DNA of 60,201 nt, from positions 1 to 60,201 of the forward strand of contig JAJSZW010000004.1 in NCBI GenBank assembly GCA_030262895.1, written 5' to 3'. Both the position numbers and the translations under genes were made by a program. Under the pieces are notes generated by a model that saw nothing but the letters and a program-made list of their open reading frames with translations, was not told the DNA's origin and did no database searches. The DNA is from Deltaproteobacteria bacterium. GTDB lineage: Bacteria; Desulfobacterota; Desulfobacteria; Desulfobacterales; ETH-SRB1. Each line of letters opens with the position of its first letter. Position 1 is the first letter of the stretch. Below are positions 37,290 to 47,013 of the stretch, piece after piece.

Positions 37290-37356
37290 GTAACTACTCA
37301 GGTGTTTAGACTGAAGGCTATAGGCTGAAGGAAACAGATGATTCCTGAGTAGTTAC
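37290..37356. mobile_element. 67-bp mini element with 13-bp TIRs
   Basis: GTAACTACTCAGG ... CCTGAGTAGTTAC; flanks TATCTTTT / TATCTTTC (possible 8-bp TSD with 1 mismatch); same family as 314-486. Confidence 0.75.
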
Positions 37357-37381
37357 TATCTTTCTATCATAATTATTTCAA

Positions 37382-37420
37382 TAGCTCAACAGCTTAATAG
37401 CTTACCAGCTCAACAGCTTA
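37382..37420 (-). repeat. Octamer array overlapping the tagF stop
   Basis: Coding strand TAAGCTGTTGAGCTGGTAAGCTATTAAGCTGTTGAGCTA. Confidence 0.8.
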
Positions 37421-38179
37421 CTTATCCGACCATAACCGAACAAAATTAGCCGGCACTAAAGGTCTTTTAAAGACCGCTAAATAAACATCATCCGGAGTCC
37501 CGCCAAAAAAGACTGCATTCGGAATCTCCCGGATACGTGACTTCAAAAAGGAATGCCATAGACCTGCCAATCTAATCGGGTCATTGGACGATACACTGTC
37601 AAGCGGAACAAAAAATTCAGTCTTTTTTGTCAAGCTATCGACACTCTCTTTCATGCCTTTAAGATCTTGGTGAAATAATCTGTTATTGGAAGAATACTCA
37701 AATCGACTGCCTTTTTGATTTGTAAACTCCGACCAGTTGGGATAAGGCGGCTTTATGATTCGGACTCCATCTTCCATTTGTTTAAAATCCAGGAATCTTT
37801 TTGTGGTTAGATACTCTATATGACTCCAGGTCTCTTCAAAGGCAAGGGGTAAAAGATCCCAGTGATCTTCCCATTCTTGCAGAGGACCGGTTCCGATAAT
37901 CAGTAGCGGATATGATCGGCCAAGGCTGTCACTGCTGTCCCTTCCGACACCGCAAACAATGTTATCTTTCTCAGAGCCTCTGGCCCAAAAACGCCATGAA
38001 TAGAGATTTGAAGAATAGTTCCGTTTTGAACCTAACATATGATAACCTTTTTCAACCCAATCAGAAAACGCCTTTAATAGTGGAGCTTGAGAACCAACTC
38101 TGAAATAGTCTCTGGCCACTGGATGCTTACCCCACGCGGCCCAGTTCCAGGAGCGCTTCGATTTTACTAATCCCAGCAT
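37418..38179 (-). CDS. tagF: T6SS-associated TagF-family protein
   Basis: GKHPVARDY, WRFW, SSDSLGRSYPL; directly after tssM. Confidence 0.85.
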   Translation of the reverse strand: MLGLVKSKRSWNWAAWGKHPVARDYFRVGSQAPLLKAFSDWVEKGYHMLGSKRNYSSNLYSWRFWARGSEKDNIVCGVGRDSSDSLGRSYPLLIIGTGPLQEWEDHWDLLPLAFEETWSHIEYLTTKRFLDFKQMEDGVRIIKPPYPNWSEFTNQKGSRFEYSSNNRLFHQDLKGMKESVDSLTKKTEFFVPLDSVSSNDPIRLAGLWHSFLKSRIREIPNAVFFGGTPDDVYLAVFKRPLVPANFVRLWSDK

Positions 38180-41100
38180 TGTACGATATTCCTTGGCGCT
38201 CTTCCAGGAGCGCTTGTGAGAAGTGTTATAATCGGCCGGTTACCATTAAACTGATAATTTGCCTTGATATATCTGATTCCCAAACGTTTGAGGGCCGCCT
38301 TATGCCTGGGGAATTCTTTAGGATAAAAAGTCCGCCGTCCATCGATAAAATCTTTTAAAAACTTAGCGAATGCTCGATAACCTGTATACTTTTTGGTCAA
38401 AACGAGGTTCCCTACCTCAATCTGAAAAATAACATCCCTACAGGTCTCGGGTGACCAGTTAAAAGTCTTTCTCACAGGATAGTTGAGATTAATCAGCTTT
38501 TGGGCTTTATCCGCGCACTGAAGCTCAAGACTGGTTGCATGGGGTCTTATTTGGGCTTCCTGATTGATATCAGTGGGCAGCCCTTTGATCGAAACGGTGT
38601 AATTGGCTTTCACAAGTCTTGAGGCTATATCTCCTTTTGTTAAGAACGAAAAAAAGGAGGAGTTGAAAGCTATCCTCCTGTCCAGAGCAGTTTTTGCATA
38701 ATAACCACCTTTTTGCGGACTTCTGCTGACGAATGGCGCGGCAGGCCCATTCACAAATTTTAAAGCATAACCATCTTGACCTAAAAGGATCCGGATTAAA
38801 GTCTTTTGATCAGACACTCCTTGAATTTCCACCAAAACTTCCTTTTCCCAAAGGTCCTGGAGATGGCAAGCAGTTTCCGAGCAAACAAAGTTCCATAAAT
38901 AATCGAGAGGGCCGATTACCAGGTTCCAGAAAATCTTGTCATCGCCGATCGACTTGCCGGACATAGAAGCACTGAGCTTGTCATAGGCCATGCGGGCCAC
39001 AAAAAAAGGAGACTTGCTGGTGACTGTATCTTCATTGAAGACTTGGGCGGCCATATTGTAAGCCACTGTTTTTGAAGCAGCCGCCGGCATAACCTCGGCC
39101 AGAGCGTTTTGATATTCTCGAAATGCCTTTGCAGCTAATAACTGAGACTCCAGGGTCTTTTTGCTCACGGCTTTGCCGATCTTTCCTTCTAATTTGGAAA
39201 TAATGGTTTTTCCTTTGTTTGCAGCCTTTGCCAGAGCCCCCTTGCTTCCGATTTCCAGCTTGGCCGCTTTGGCTTTAGTGGATTGAAACTCGTAGATACG
39301 CTCAATCCATGAAGGGACATCCTGGTCTATTACTAAAGGTTTCAGTTCAATCGCCATTCTGTTCAGAACGGCAAAATACGGACCTTGATCAATTGCTATC
39401 CTTGCCGCCGCCTGTTGCCTCTCTTTTCTCCCTTGAAGCCGTTCAGCGCCTTTTGGAAAAACAAGCCCAAAATTGTGCCAGGCTTGAAAATAAGCCTTCC
39501 TGTACCAGGTTTGAAATTCAAGTTTTTGACCTGCTATAATAAGAGGATCGACGAGAGCGGATTCCATTTCATTAAGAAACGAATCGATTTGCTCCTTCCC
39601 TTTAAGGGTAAAGACCGGAGGTACACTCGTTTGATGTGAAGTCGACAAACTGCCTCCCCAGAAATCTTCCAGGGTCACATGCGACAGAGATTCATCTGCG
39701 TTGACCCAGGTGACAAGCCACCCGAGATCGACACCCTTTAAAGTCAATATATGCTTTAACCATGCATGCAGATTATTCATTTCCTGGTTAAGGCTGCTCG
39801 AATCGGTTTGCCAGACCAGATTATAAAGATACTGGTTGGCAAATTGCTTCCTTATCTCAGGGATAATCTTTTGATCTGCCATTAAAACGATAGGTTCGTA
39901 AGAAGGCTGAGGCATGGATTTGAGTGTTTCAAGGCTTTCAGCTTGCAGACGGGCGTGCAAAAGATTGATGCGCCTTACGAGGTAAACTGCGTGTTGGCCG
40001 ATAACTTCGTTGGGAGTGAAATCAGAAAAGTTTACTATCCTCTCTCCTATCTGCCTGTCAAAAGAGACCAGAAAACCATCCTTAAGCTGTTTGCAATACT
40101 TTTCCTTGAGTCGAATCTCAACATCATTACTTTCATTCAACCCAAATCTGGGAATCCACCAGTTGCGATTATCCTCTTCCACCTTCAGAAGCGCCTCCCT
40201 AAAGCGATCCATGATCATCACATCCGTCAAGATTTCTCCCTGTAATATAAGAGGTTTTGAAAACTCATAAGAAATTCCTCTCATGGTTCTAAGATTCTTT
40301 ACAAAGGAAAAGCTCAACAGTCCACAAATGGCAACCGCAACAGCAACCCATGAAGCTATGCCAAGATTCCTGGTTAGCAGGCTCCATTCAAGTCTCCGCT
40401 GGGTAGGGGCAAACAGATTTCTGTCATTAGGTAGAGTTTGCTCAAAAAAATCATGTAGAAACAAGCCATTATTCGTTCCAGGCAAGACATCTCTCTCTTC
40501 AATAAGCCCGAGAGACTTTAAGAAATGTGAGTATGGGCTCCCTTCCTGTCGTCCGCTGCTAAAGAAAAGACCTCTTAAAAGTGGAGTCTCCTGGTAGGGA
40601 TTTTCCCAAAAAGCCCCTTTAATGAAAGAATCAAAGCCGGATTTCATTTTTTCAAACTCTTCAGGAAAAAGAAGGAGGCCCGGATCAGCGCCTATGGACC
40701 CGGCCTTATGGAAAAGGAGGAGCCTGAGATCTCTTAAGCGCCCCCCGATTGTATGTATGGCACGGTCGACAAAGGCAACTACATCTGTTGACAGGTCATG
40801 ATTCATGAGCCCCATGGCCTGTTCAAGGCTTTTATCCGGAAGATGATCACAAAATTGAGTCATACCTTGAATCAAGTCGCATTTGGTTACAAGAACGTAT
40901 ACCGGAAACTTTATACCTAAAACCCGCATCAATTCATCAATACGACGCCGGATGTTTCGACCATCTTCTTCAAGAGCTTCGGGGTCGGAGCCAAGTAACT
41001 TATCAGCCGCAATGGTAACAATGAGACCATTGAGAGATTCTCTTTTTCTGTATTTGACCAAAAGGTTGAGGAATTTTTGCCATTCCTCTTTATCACGGCC

Positions 41101-41652
41101 TTCATCGACAGGAATGGCATACCTGCCGGCTGTATCGATAATAATAGCCTGTTCAAAAAACCACCAGTCACAATTCTTTGTCCCGGAAATGCCCGAAGTT
41201 CGGCTGACATCCGCAAACGGTGAAGAAAGACCCGCGCTTTTAATTGCAGTGGTTTTTCCGGAACCACTTTCTCCGATCACCATATACCACGGAAGCACAT
41301 AAAGAGGGTTGCCATATTTTTTCAAGTGAGAAGACTTAAGAGACTCAATGGCCTCTTTCCAACTATCCTGAAGCTCTCTTAAACGCACACTCTCTTTATC
41401 GTCCACGGTTTTCAGATAGGAGTCATCCTGCTCAATGATCTGGTCAACAAAATGCTCTTCCCGACGTTTAAGCCATAGCTTTCTTAGAAAAAGCAAACAT
41501 AGCCCTAAGCCTAAAAGGCCCAGCAAAATGAAAAATCCTACCCACCAGGCCCAATCAAGGCTCAGTACGATCCCAAAAACCAGAAGGATAGTCAGTAGAA
41601 TTGCTGCTATAATAAAAAAGACTTTAAGAATTTTAAAAAGAATCTGCTTCAT
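38167..41652 (-). CDS. tssM: T6SS membrane complex TssM/IcmF
   Basis: LPWYMVIGESGSGKTT, CDWWF, IDTAGRY, LNG, PVYVLVTKCDL, RGLFFSSG.Q. Confidence 0.95.
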   Translation of the reverse strand: MKQILFKILKVFFIIAAILLTILLVFGIVLSLDWAWWVGFFILLGLLGLGLCLLFLRKLWLKRREEHFVDQIIEQDDSYLKTVDDKESVRLRELQDSWKEAIESLKSSHLKKYGNPLYVLPWYMVIGESGSGKTTAIKSAGLSSPFADVSRTSGISGTKNCDWWFFEQAIIIDTAGRYAIPVDEGRDKEEWQKFLNLLVKYRKRESLNGLIVTIAADKLLGSDPEALEEDGRNIRRRIDELMRVLGIKFPVYVLVTKCDLIQGMTQFCDHLPDKSLEQAMGLMNHDLSTDVVAFVDRAIHTIGGRLRDLRLLLFHKAGSIGADPGLLLFPEEFEKMKSGFDSFIKGAFWENPYQETPLLRGLFFSSGRQEGSPYSHFLKSLGLIEERDVLPGTNNGLFLHDFFEQTLPNDRNLFAPTQRRLEWSLLTRNLGIASWVAVAVAICGLLSFSFVKNLRTMRGISYEFSKPLILQGEILTDVMIMDRFREALLKVEEDNRNWWIPRFGLNESNDVEIRLKEKYCKQLKDGFLVSFDRQIGERIVNFSDFTPNEVIGQHAVYLVRRINLLHARLQAESLETLKSMPQPSYEPIVLMADQKIIPEIRKQFANQYLYNLVWQTDSSSLNQEMNNLHAWLKHILTLKGVDLGWLVTWVNADESLSHVTLEDFWGGSLSTSHQTSVPPVFTLKGKEQIDSFLNEMESALVDPLIIAGQKLEFQTWYRKAYFQAWHNFGLVFPKGAERLQGRKERQQAAARIAIDQGPYFAVLNRMAIELKPLVIDQDVPSWIERIYEFQSTKAKAAKLEIGSKGALAKAANKGKTIISKLEGKIGKAVSKKTLESQLLAAKAFREYQNALAEVMPAAASKTVAYNMAAQVFNEDTVTSKSPFFVARMAYDKLSASMSGKSIGDDKIFWNLVIGPLDYLWNFVCSETACHLQDLWEKEVLVEIQGVSDQKTLIRILLGQDGYALKFVNGPAAPFVSRSPQKGGYYAKTALDRRIAFNSSFFSFLTKGDIASRLVKANYTVSIKGLPTDINQEAQIRPHATSLELQCADKAQKLINLNYPVRKTFNWSPETCRDVIFQIEVGNLVLTKKYTGYRAFAKFLKDFIDGRRTFYPKEFPRHKAALKRLGIRYIKANYQFNGNRPIITLLTSAPGRAPRNIVQCWD

Positions 41653-42320
41653 TTACTTAATAAACTTTCTCCAATATTGTTTAGAATAAACCTGTAAATC
41701 AAAAACAGAACCGAGTAAAGGAGAACGGGGGTTCCAAGACAAAGAAGCGTAAAAGTTGAGAAACGTTTTTTTTCTTTAGGAGAGATCATCTTGCTCGACT
41801 CAACAGGATATGCTTCCGGAAAAAGCTCTCCTTTTTCAAGAGAAGGTAGTCCCACTGAACTTCCTGTAAGAAGTTTCAAATTTGATGTCTTTAGCTGTTC
41901 CAGGAGATATTCATCTCCTTCATGGCAATAGCGTCCCATAAAACCTATAGCCAGACAGAGATAATAAATCTCCCTCACATCTCTTTGATGGGGACCAAGA
42001 GTATTTAAGCGTTCAAAAAAAATCTCGCCGGCGTCGGCAGTCTGATAATAAAAGCGCTGGAGTTGTTCACCCTGCCACAGATGTTTTTCTTTCCACGAAG
42101 AGTTTAAAATAGCCTCATCAATCCAGGCAAAAATGGCAAAGCGCGCCAGGTTGTAATCCTCCTGAGAGAAAGCGCCGTTATTGAGACTCTCTTGACTCTT
42201 CGAGATCAGACGTTGAATATCGGCCTTAACCTGATCAAAGGGTGGTTGTCTTTTGGCCACTGTTTTCAAAAAATATGCCGCGTAGGCAATGAGCTCTATA
42301 AAACAATCGGTCAATCGCAT
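41649..42320 (-). CDS. tssL: T6SS TssL/DotU (no OmpA domain)
   Basis: AWIDEAIL, LQ, AGEIFFERL, YYLCLAIGF.GRY, C-terminal TM. Confidence 0.93.
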   Translation of the reverse strand: MRLTDCFIELIAYAAYFLKTVAKRQPPFDQVKADIQRLISKSQESLNNGAFSQEDYNLARFAIFAWIDEAILNSSWKEKHLWQGEQLQRFYYQTADAGEIFFERLNTLGPHQRDVREIYYLCLAIGFMGRYCHEGDEYLLEQLKTSNLKLLTGSSVGLPSLEKGELFPEAYPVESSKMISPKEKKRFSTFTLLCLGTPVLLYSVLFLIYRFILNNIGESLLSK

Positions 42321-42322
42321 AT

Positions 42323-43708
42323 CTAACCTTTCCCCACAACCATCAGTTCTACCTTTAAATCTTCAGGAGCTGCATCCCAATACAAAGCAATGTTGTAATC
42401 TTTGTGCACACGGGCCCATTGATCACTGTGATGGTCAATCTGAAAATAAATAGAGTAAGTCCGACGAGGCAATTCTTGTGGCGGTGTCGGAAGGTGTTGC
42501 AGCTTTACTCCGGGAAGAGCACGGGCCATAAGAATAGGTAAAGATTCTCGCGAACTTATTTTTGCGATTGTCTCCAGGGACTGAAGCACGAAATCAGGAT
42601 CCTTTTCGGTTTCAAAAACCAGGTAAAAACGGTTTCGTCCTTCAAAAATCGTTGGGGATAGATCACACGTATAATAGGTTCCGTCGTATATGAGTTGAAT
42701 CACATATTCCGGCCCGGCCGTAATCTCATCCAAAAGTTGGGTGACTATAGCCTGGGCGCCTGAAAAACATTTCCACAGGTTTTGATGATCATATCCGGAT
42801 AGAAGACGGGTTCCGTCTTCCAGTTCTCCCATCACATTGACCTGCTCTGAAAAAGAAGAGAGTTCGCCGATCAACTCTCTTAAGAGGGCATAGACCGTCC
42901 AGGGATGAACTTGTTGCGATTCAGTCAAATGAAAAAGGGAAGGAATGTAGCGGTTAAGGGACCTTAAGGCTAAGAGATAAACCATATCTCTTGTCCCGAA
43001 TTCGACAGTATGAATCCCCCTTTCACGTTTATACGATTCAAGCTGGTGGCCGCGAGATGCGATCTGGTCTCTTATTTCCTTGACAATCTTTACGAGAGGA
43101 TCTGAACCGGAAATGGTAAGTGAGGGAGGAACAAACTGTTCGGAAAGCGTTATTTCTTCGCCTGATCTTTCCAGTTGAGCAAGAGGAATAAGTATATAGT
43201 CTCCGATTTGCTCCTTTTCCGTTTCCCAAAATATTTTCAGGACATAGTGAAGCCTCTTAACCTGAGCCGGCGGCCCGCTTTGATGTAAGTCGGAAACCTC
43301 TTCAGGGTCGGTCGTTGTAACAAATCTGGTGGTCACTTCTGAAAGGTTTTCTAATTTGGAAAGGACGGTAACATTTTCTCCGGCATCATTCCATTTTTTC
43401 AGGCCGATAAAAACGGTAAAAGGTTTGTCGCCATCCACCCAGGCTTCATCAAAAGAACGGGCCTCGATAAGAGAATTGCCCGGGAAAACCAGATAGGTCA
43501 TATCCGGAAACAAAAATTCACCCTTCAGGAGATTAAAAGAAAGATTTCCCAGAGCGGTTTTCCGGATCTCTAAATTCCCGACGCCCCATAGGTGGGGCTG
43601 AAGGAATTTATGAAAAGGTGTCAACAGAGACTGAAAATGAAGGTCTTCCAGTTGAAAATGTTGTGGTTGTAAAAAGAGGCCTTGATGCCAAAAAAGAGGT
43701 CTTTCCAT
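42323..43708 (-). CDS. tssK: T6SS baseplate TssK
   Basis: WHQGLFLQPQHFQ, PLAQL, FVPP, HP, ALPG. Confidence 0.95.
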   Translation of the reverse strand: MERPLFWHQGLFLQPQHFQLEDLHFQSLLTPFHKFLQPHLWGVGNLEIRKTALGNLSFNLLKGEFLFPDMTYLVFPGNSLIEARSFDEAWVDGDKPFTVFIGLKKWNDAGENVTVLSKLENLSEVTTRFVTTTDPEEVSDLHQSGPPAQVKRLHYVLKIFWETEKEQIGDYILIPLAQLERSGEEITLSEQFVPPSLTISGSDPLVKIVKEIRDQIASRGHQLESYKRERGIHTVEFGTRDMVYLLALRSLNRYIPSLFHLTESQQVHPWTVYALLRELIGELSSFSEQVNVMGELEDGTRLLSGYDHQNLWKCFSGAQAIVTQLLDEITAGPEYVIQLIYDGTYYTCDLSPTIFEGRNRFYLVFETEKDPDFVLQSLETIAKISSRESLPILMARALPGVKLQHLPTPPQELPRRTYSIYFQIDHHSDQWARVHKDYNIALYWDAAPEDLKVELMVVGKG

Positions 43709-43761
43709 AATCCTGTCGTCCCATGATGTTGGGGATAGGGAAGTTATTTCGCCTCCATCCC

Positions 43762-44283
43762 TTATTGAATCTGTTGCGGGCCCAACGTAAGTTCTATATT
43801 TAAGAGGCCTGGTTTTAAAATTTTAGTCCGTTTAATCCACCCTTTTTTTTCTATAATCACCGGAATATCAAATAACCTCACCATTCTTTCTTTGTAAAGG
43901 AAATAGTAACCGGCTACAATGGCCACGTATTTTGCACCCTCGGCTCGGTTCAAAGTAAAAGTCAAATCTTGCCCCGGATGAATGATTAATCTTTCTGAGC
44001 CAGCCACGCTGGCGTCAAAAAGGCCGCATTCCAAAAGTTTGTAAAGCCCGTTATTATCGCCGGCAAGCTGATTGAAAGTATTCGGATCTCTGAGTTGATA
44101 GACACATATAAGGAGAGTGTGAGGCGTTCCCTCGTGGAGGTTTAATTGAAAATCGGCTTTTAAGTGAAGTTGAATGGTCTCTTTTTCGTATCTCCACTCC
44201 GGAGGAGCAAGAGGCCGGGACGCACATGAATAGACTCCGAAAGCAATCAACAACAGGAAGAGTGTGTTAATATATTTTTTCAC
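43762..44283 (-). CDS. tssJ: T6SS lipoprotein TssJ
   Basis: Lipobox VYSC, LN....PH...CVYQL, PGQ, YVAIVAGY. Confidence 0.9.
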   Translation of the reverse strand: MKKYINTLFLLLIAFGVYSCASRPLAPPEWRYEKETIQLHLKADFQLNLHEGTPHTLLICVYQLRDPNTFNQLAGDNNGLYKLLECGLFDASVAGSERLIIHPGQDLTFTLNRAEGAKYVAIVAGYYFLYKERMVRLFDIPVIIEKKGWIKRTKILKPGLLNIELTLGPQQIQ

Positions 44284-44295
44284 TTTGTTACCTCC

Positions 44296-45030
44296 TTATG
44301 GTACAAACAATTTTTGAGAATTCTTTTCAAATTCTCTTAAGAATTTCTCCATGAAGCGTCCTGAGTCAAACCATTTTTTGCATGTATAAAACTTTTTTTC
44401 ATATACTTCAAACAATTCTGCTTTTTGGAACGGTCCAAACTTAAAACCTCTGCTACCGTCGGCTTTGATATGATCAGGGTCCAATTCGTGTAGAATTTCG
44501 CCTATCTCGGTGTGGGCAGCCTCTTTAAATGCTTGATGTGCAATCAGAAAAGCTTTTTCGATCTGCCCAAGATAGCTCTCAAGGGATCGGGCATGGCTTT
44601 CTCCACCTTCCAGATGAAAACCTATAACCTGCCTGATCGTTTCATCCCCGGTGCTTTCGCCAAGAAAGGTTGTATTAATCACACCCACCACTTGATTGAG
44701 GGCATCAAAGATAGTATTCAAGGATTCAGCCAATTTTTGTAAAAGTTCTGTGGAAGATAGATCGGCCTGAGATATCTTTCTTCCTAACAACAACGAAAAA
44801 AGTCTCGTAAGAACCTCTTCATCTATGTTTAAACCGCTGTATCTGCTTGAGATCGCTATATTAAATTCAGTCGTCAGCCTCTCAAGCAACGTTAATTTTT
44901 TGCTATCTGAAAATTCTTTTAGCCTTTCTTCAAGATATGTTTCGATTAAAGTTTCAGCACGCAAGCGATCTGACTTATAAATTTTTCTAATTTCATTTGA
45001 TAGTTGTTCTGTTGATATTTGGTTGTTCAT
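44296..45030 (-). CDS. Hypothetical protein resembling the TagH/Fha C-terminal domain without FHA
   Basis: Helical; AHQAFKEAA...ILHELDP..I, AELFEVY pattern; sits upstream of tssJ. Start moved to MNNQIS. Confidence 0.5.
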   Translation of the reverse strand: MNNQISTEQLSNEIRKIYKSDRLRAETLIETYLEERLKEFSDSKKLTLLERLTTEFNIAISSRYSGLNIDEEVLTRLFSLLLGRKISQADLSSTELLQKLAESLNTIFDALNQVVGVINTTFLGESTGDETIRQVIGFHLEGGESHARSLESYLGQIEKAFLIAHQAFKEAAHTEIGEILHELDPDHIKADGSRGFKFGPFQKAELFEVYEKKFYTCKKWFDSGRFMEKFLREFEKNSQKLFVP

Positions 45031-45034
45031 GTCC

Positions 45035-46984
45035 CTATTTTTTGTCACCGCCATTATCGGGATGAAGGATAACCGTCTCGGATATAAAATCGTTTTCCTC
45101 GGGTTCGTCTGCTCCCTTTGTTGCCGGAATATCGTTCTCCTCTGCCTGAATAGACGGTGATCTCTCTTTTCTAAAGTCATCAGGTGAAAGAATGACCGTC
45201 TCCTCTATTCCATACTCATCTTGTGAGACAACATTTTTATTGTCAAACCACTCCCCGTTTGTTGTTGAGACAACAACCGTTTTTTCTAATTCATCCTTTT
45301 GTGCATCAAAGCCGATACTCCATTTTTCCATGATCTTAGCGAGGATCTCAGAAATAGCCTTATTTTCCGGTGCAGGCTCTGCTTGTACAAAATTGAGCTC
45401 ATGAGAAAACAATTTGTCTTTGACCTCTTTTCTGAGGTTTTCCAACTCTTGCTGAAATTTGTCCTTCGACCATTTAGAATCTTTCATCAAGCCGGTTCTC
45501 AACCCAATCTTCAATAAAGACCAGCCTAAACCGATAGATTTTTCCCAAAGCCTCATCCAGTCTTGACTAACACTCTTTCCATCAGGAATCCAGAAAATGT
45601 TTTCAGGAGAAAAAGTGCCATCGGAGCTGTTTTTTAGAAAGCTCTCCAGGCTATCATCATCACTTGGGACTATTTTCTCAACTTTTTCTCCAAGAGTCAC
45701 ATATACCTTTGAAACATCTTGTTTTTTGTTGACCAGAAGCGTGTAAAACCAAATAATCCCCAAAAAATGGGGGCTGTAATATGGGAATAATTTCGGAAGA
45801 AACGGTGGCTTGACGGTATTTCCCCCTATGTCTATAAGCTTCAGCTTAAAGTTCCAGAAAAACGGCAACAGGCCACTCTGATCTGTAAGGTTAATCCAGA
45901 TTCTATCGATAGATAAACCAAACCCTGGATCATCTATTCTGGAAAAGATAGTCTGAACAAGCTCGCCCAAAAAAGAAAGCTTTAAATACAAGACTTCCAG
46001 AAAATATCTTTTGTTTTTGTCAAAGAAAAAAGGGGTTGCTGACAAACTATTTCGTTTTAAAGCCTTCAGACAGTTTATTCTGCCTGATTCTTGTTTTTCG
46101 CTAAGCCTGCTTTCCAAGTCGTCAAATGAGGCGCCTGAAATTAGAGACAAAAAATCGAGAGCGTTAACCGATGCGGCTTCAAAAATCAACATGTAAAAAG
46201 GATAAAAGGAGAGCGGAACAATTCTTGAGGCGCCTAAACCATCTGATCCATAGCACTCCTGCCGGCTGGAGCAATCAATACAAGGAAACCGATTCAAGCG
46301 GTTTCTCACTTCTGTGAGGCGACCGAAGTCTTTGATCAAATCCCACCTGTCTTTAAGTGCGGAATGGTCGGAACTCTCCAATGAAAAAACGTAAAAATCG
46401 GACTTGCCTCTTGAACCAAAACACGACGGACAAAACAGATAGCGCTTAAGTGAGGTAGAATACCGCTGAAACCCCAAGTCGGTCAAAATGTCGTCATCAT
46501 AGCATTGTTGAAGAGGCAGCCCGCACTTCGGACACGGAGGGTGAAAAAAAATCCGCTTTGATTTGCAAAAAAATAAAGGCTGTAAAGATATTAACCCTCC
46601 ATCTTCTCCGACTTGATCAGCCAGGATGATGGCGGAATTATCCTGATTTTTTTTCGAATAAAACAAAAAGGCCTTCTGCCAGCATTGATCAATATCCTGG
46701 TTGTTGAAAGGCCGTAATTCATCCCGCGTTAGATGATATTCATCTTTTTGCAACAAAAGGAATGCTCGTTTAATTTCACTTCCGGCATCGGTAACAAACC
46801 GAGCTTCAATGAGCCTGGCAAAAGGGTCTGACTCACTGATAACCAGAAATGGAAAAGGAGATTTTTCCAGAATGGAACTATCTTGAGAGATCAAAGAAAG
46901 ATTCAATCGGAACTTCGTATCGGTAAGCTCAAGATAAGGTAGTAAAGATGGCATCTCAATATTATTCACTCTAAATTTCTCCAT
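45035..46984 (-). CDS. Cys-rich (putative Zn-binding) hypothetical protein with acidic tail
   Basis: FFC..FHPPCPKCG..C, FCPSC, PCIDC....C; tail repeats KTVVV, ETVIL, ETVIL. Confidence 0.8.
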   Translation of the reverse strand: MEKFRVNNIEMPSLLPYLELTDTKFRLNLSLISQDSSILEKSPFPFLVISESDPFARLIEARFVTDAGSEIKRAFLLLQKDEYHLTRDELRPFNNQDIDQCWQKAFLFYSKKNQDNSAIILADQVGEDGGLISLQPLFFCKSKRIFFHPPCPKCGLPLQQCYDDDILTDLGFQRYSTSLKRYLFCPSCFGSRGKSDFYVFSLESSDHSALKDRWDLIKDFGRLTEVRNRLNRFPCIDCSSRQECYGSDGLGASRIVPLSFYPFYMLIFEAASVNALDFLSLISGASFDDLESRLSEKQESGRINCLKALKRNSLSATPFFFDKNKRYFLEVLYLKLSFLGELVQTIFSRIDDPGFGLSIDRIWINLTDQSGLLPFFWNFKLKLIDIGGNTVKPPFLPKLFPYYSPHFLGIIWFYTLLVNKKQDVSKVYVTLGEKVEKIVPSDDDSLESFLKNSSDGTFSPENIFWIPDGKSVSQDWMRLWEKSIGLGWSLLKIGLRTGLMKDSKWSKDKFQQELENLRKEVKDKLFSHELNFVQAEPAPENKAISEILAKIMEKWSIGFDAQKDELEKTVVVSTTNGEWFDNKNVVSQDEYGIEETVILSPDDFRKERSPSIQAEENDIPATKGADEPEENDFISETVILHPDNGGDKK

Positions 46985-47013
46985 GAATTAAGAGCTAAGA
47001 GCGGGAATTGCTG

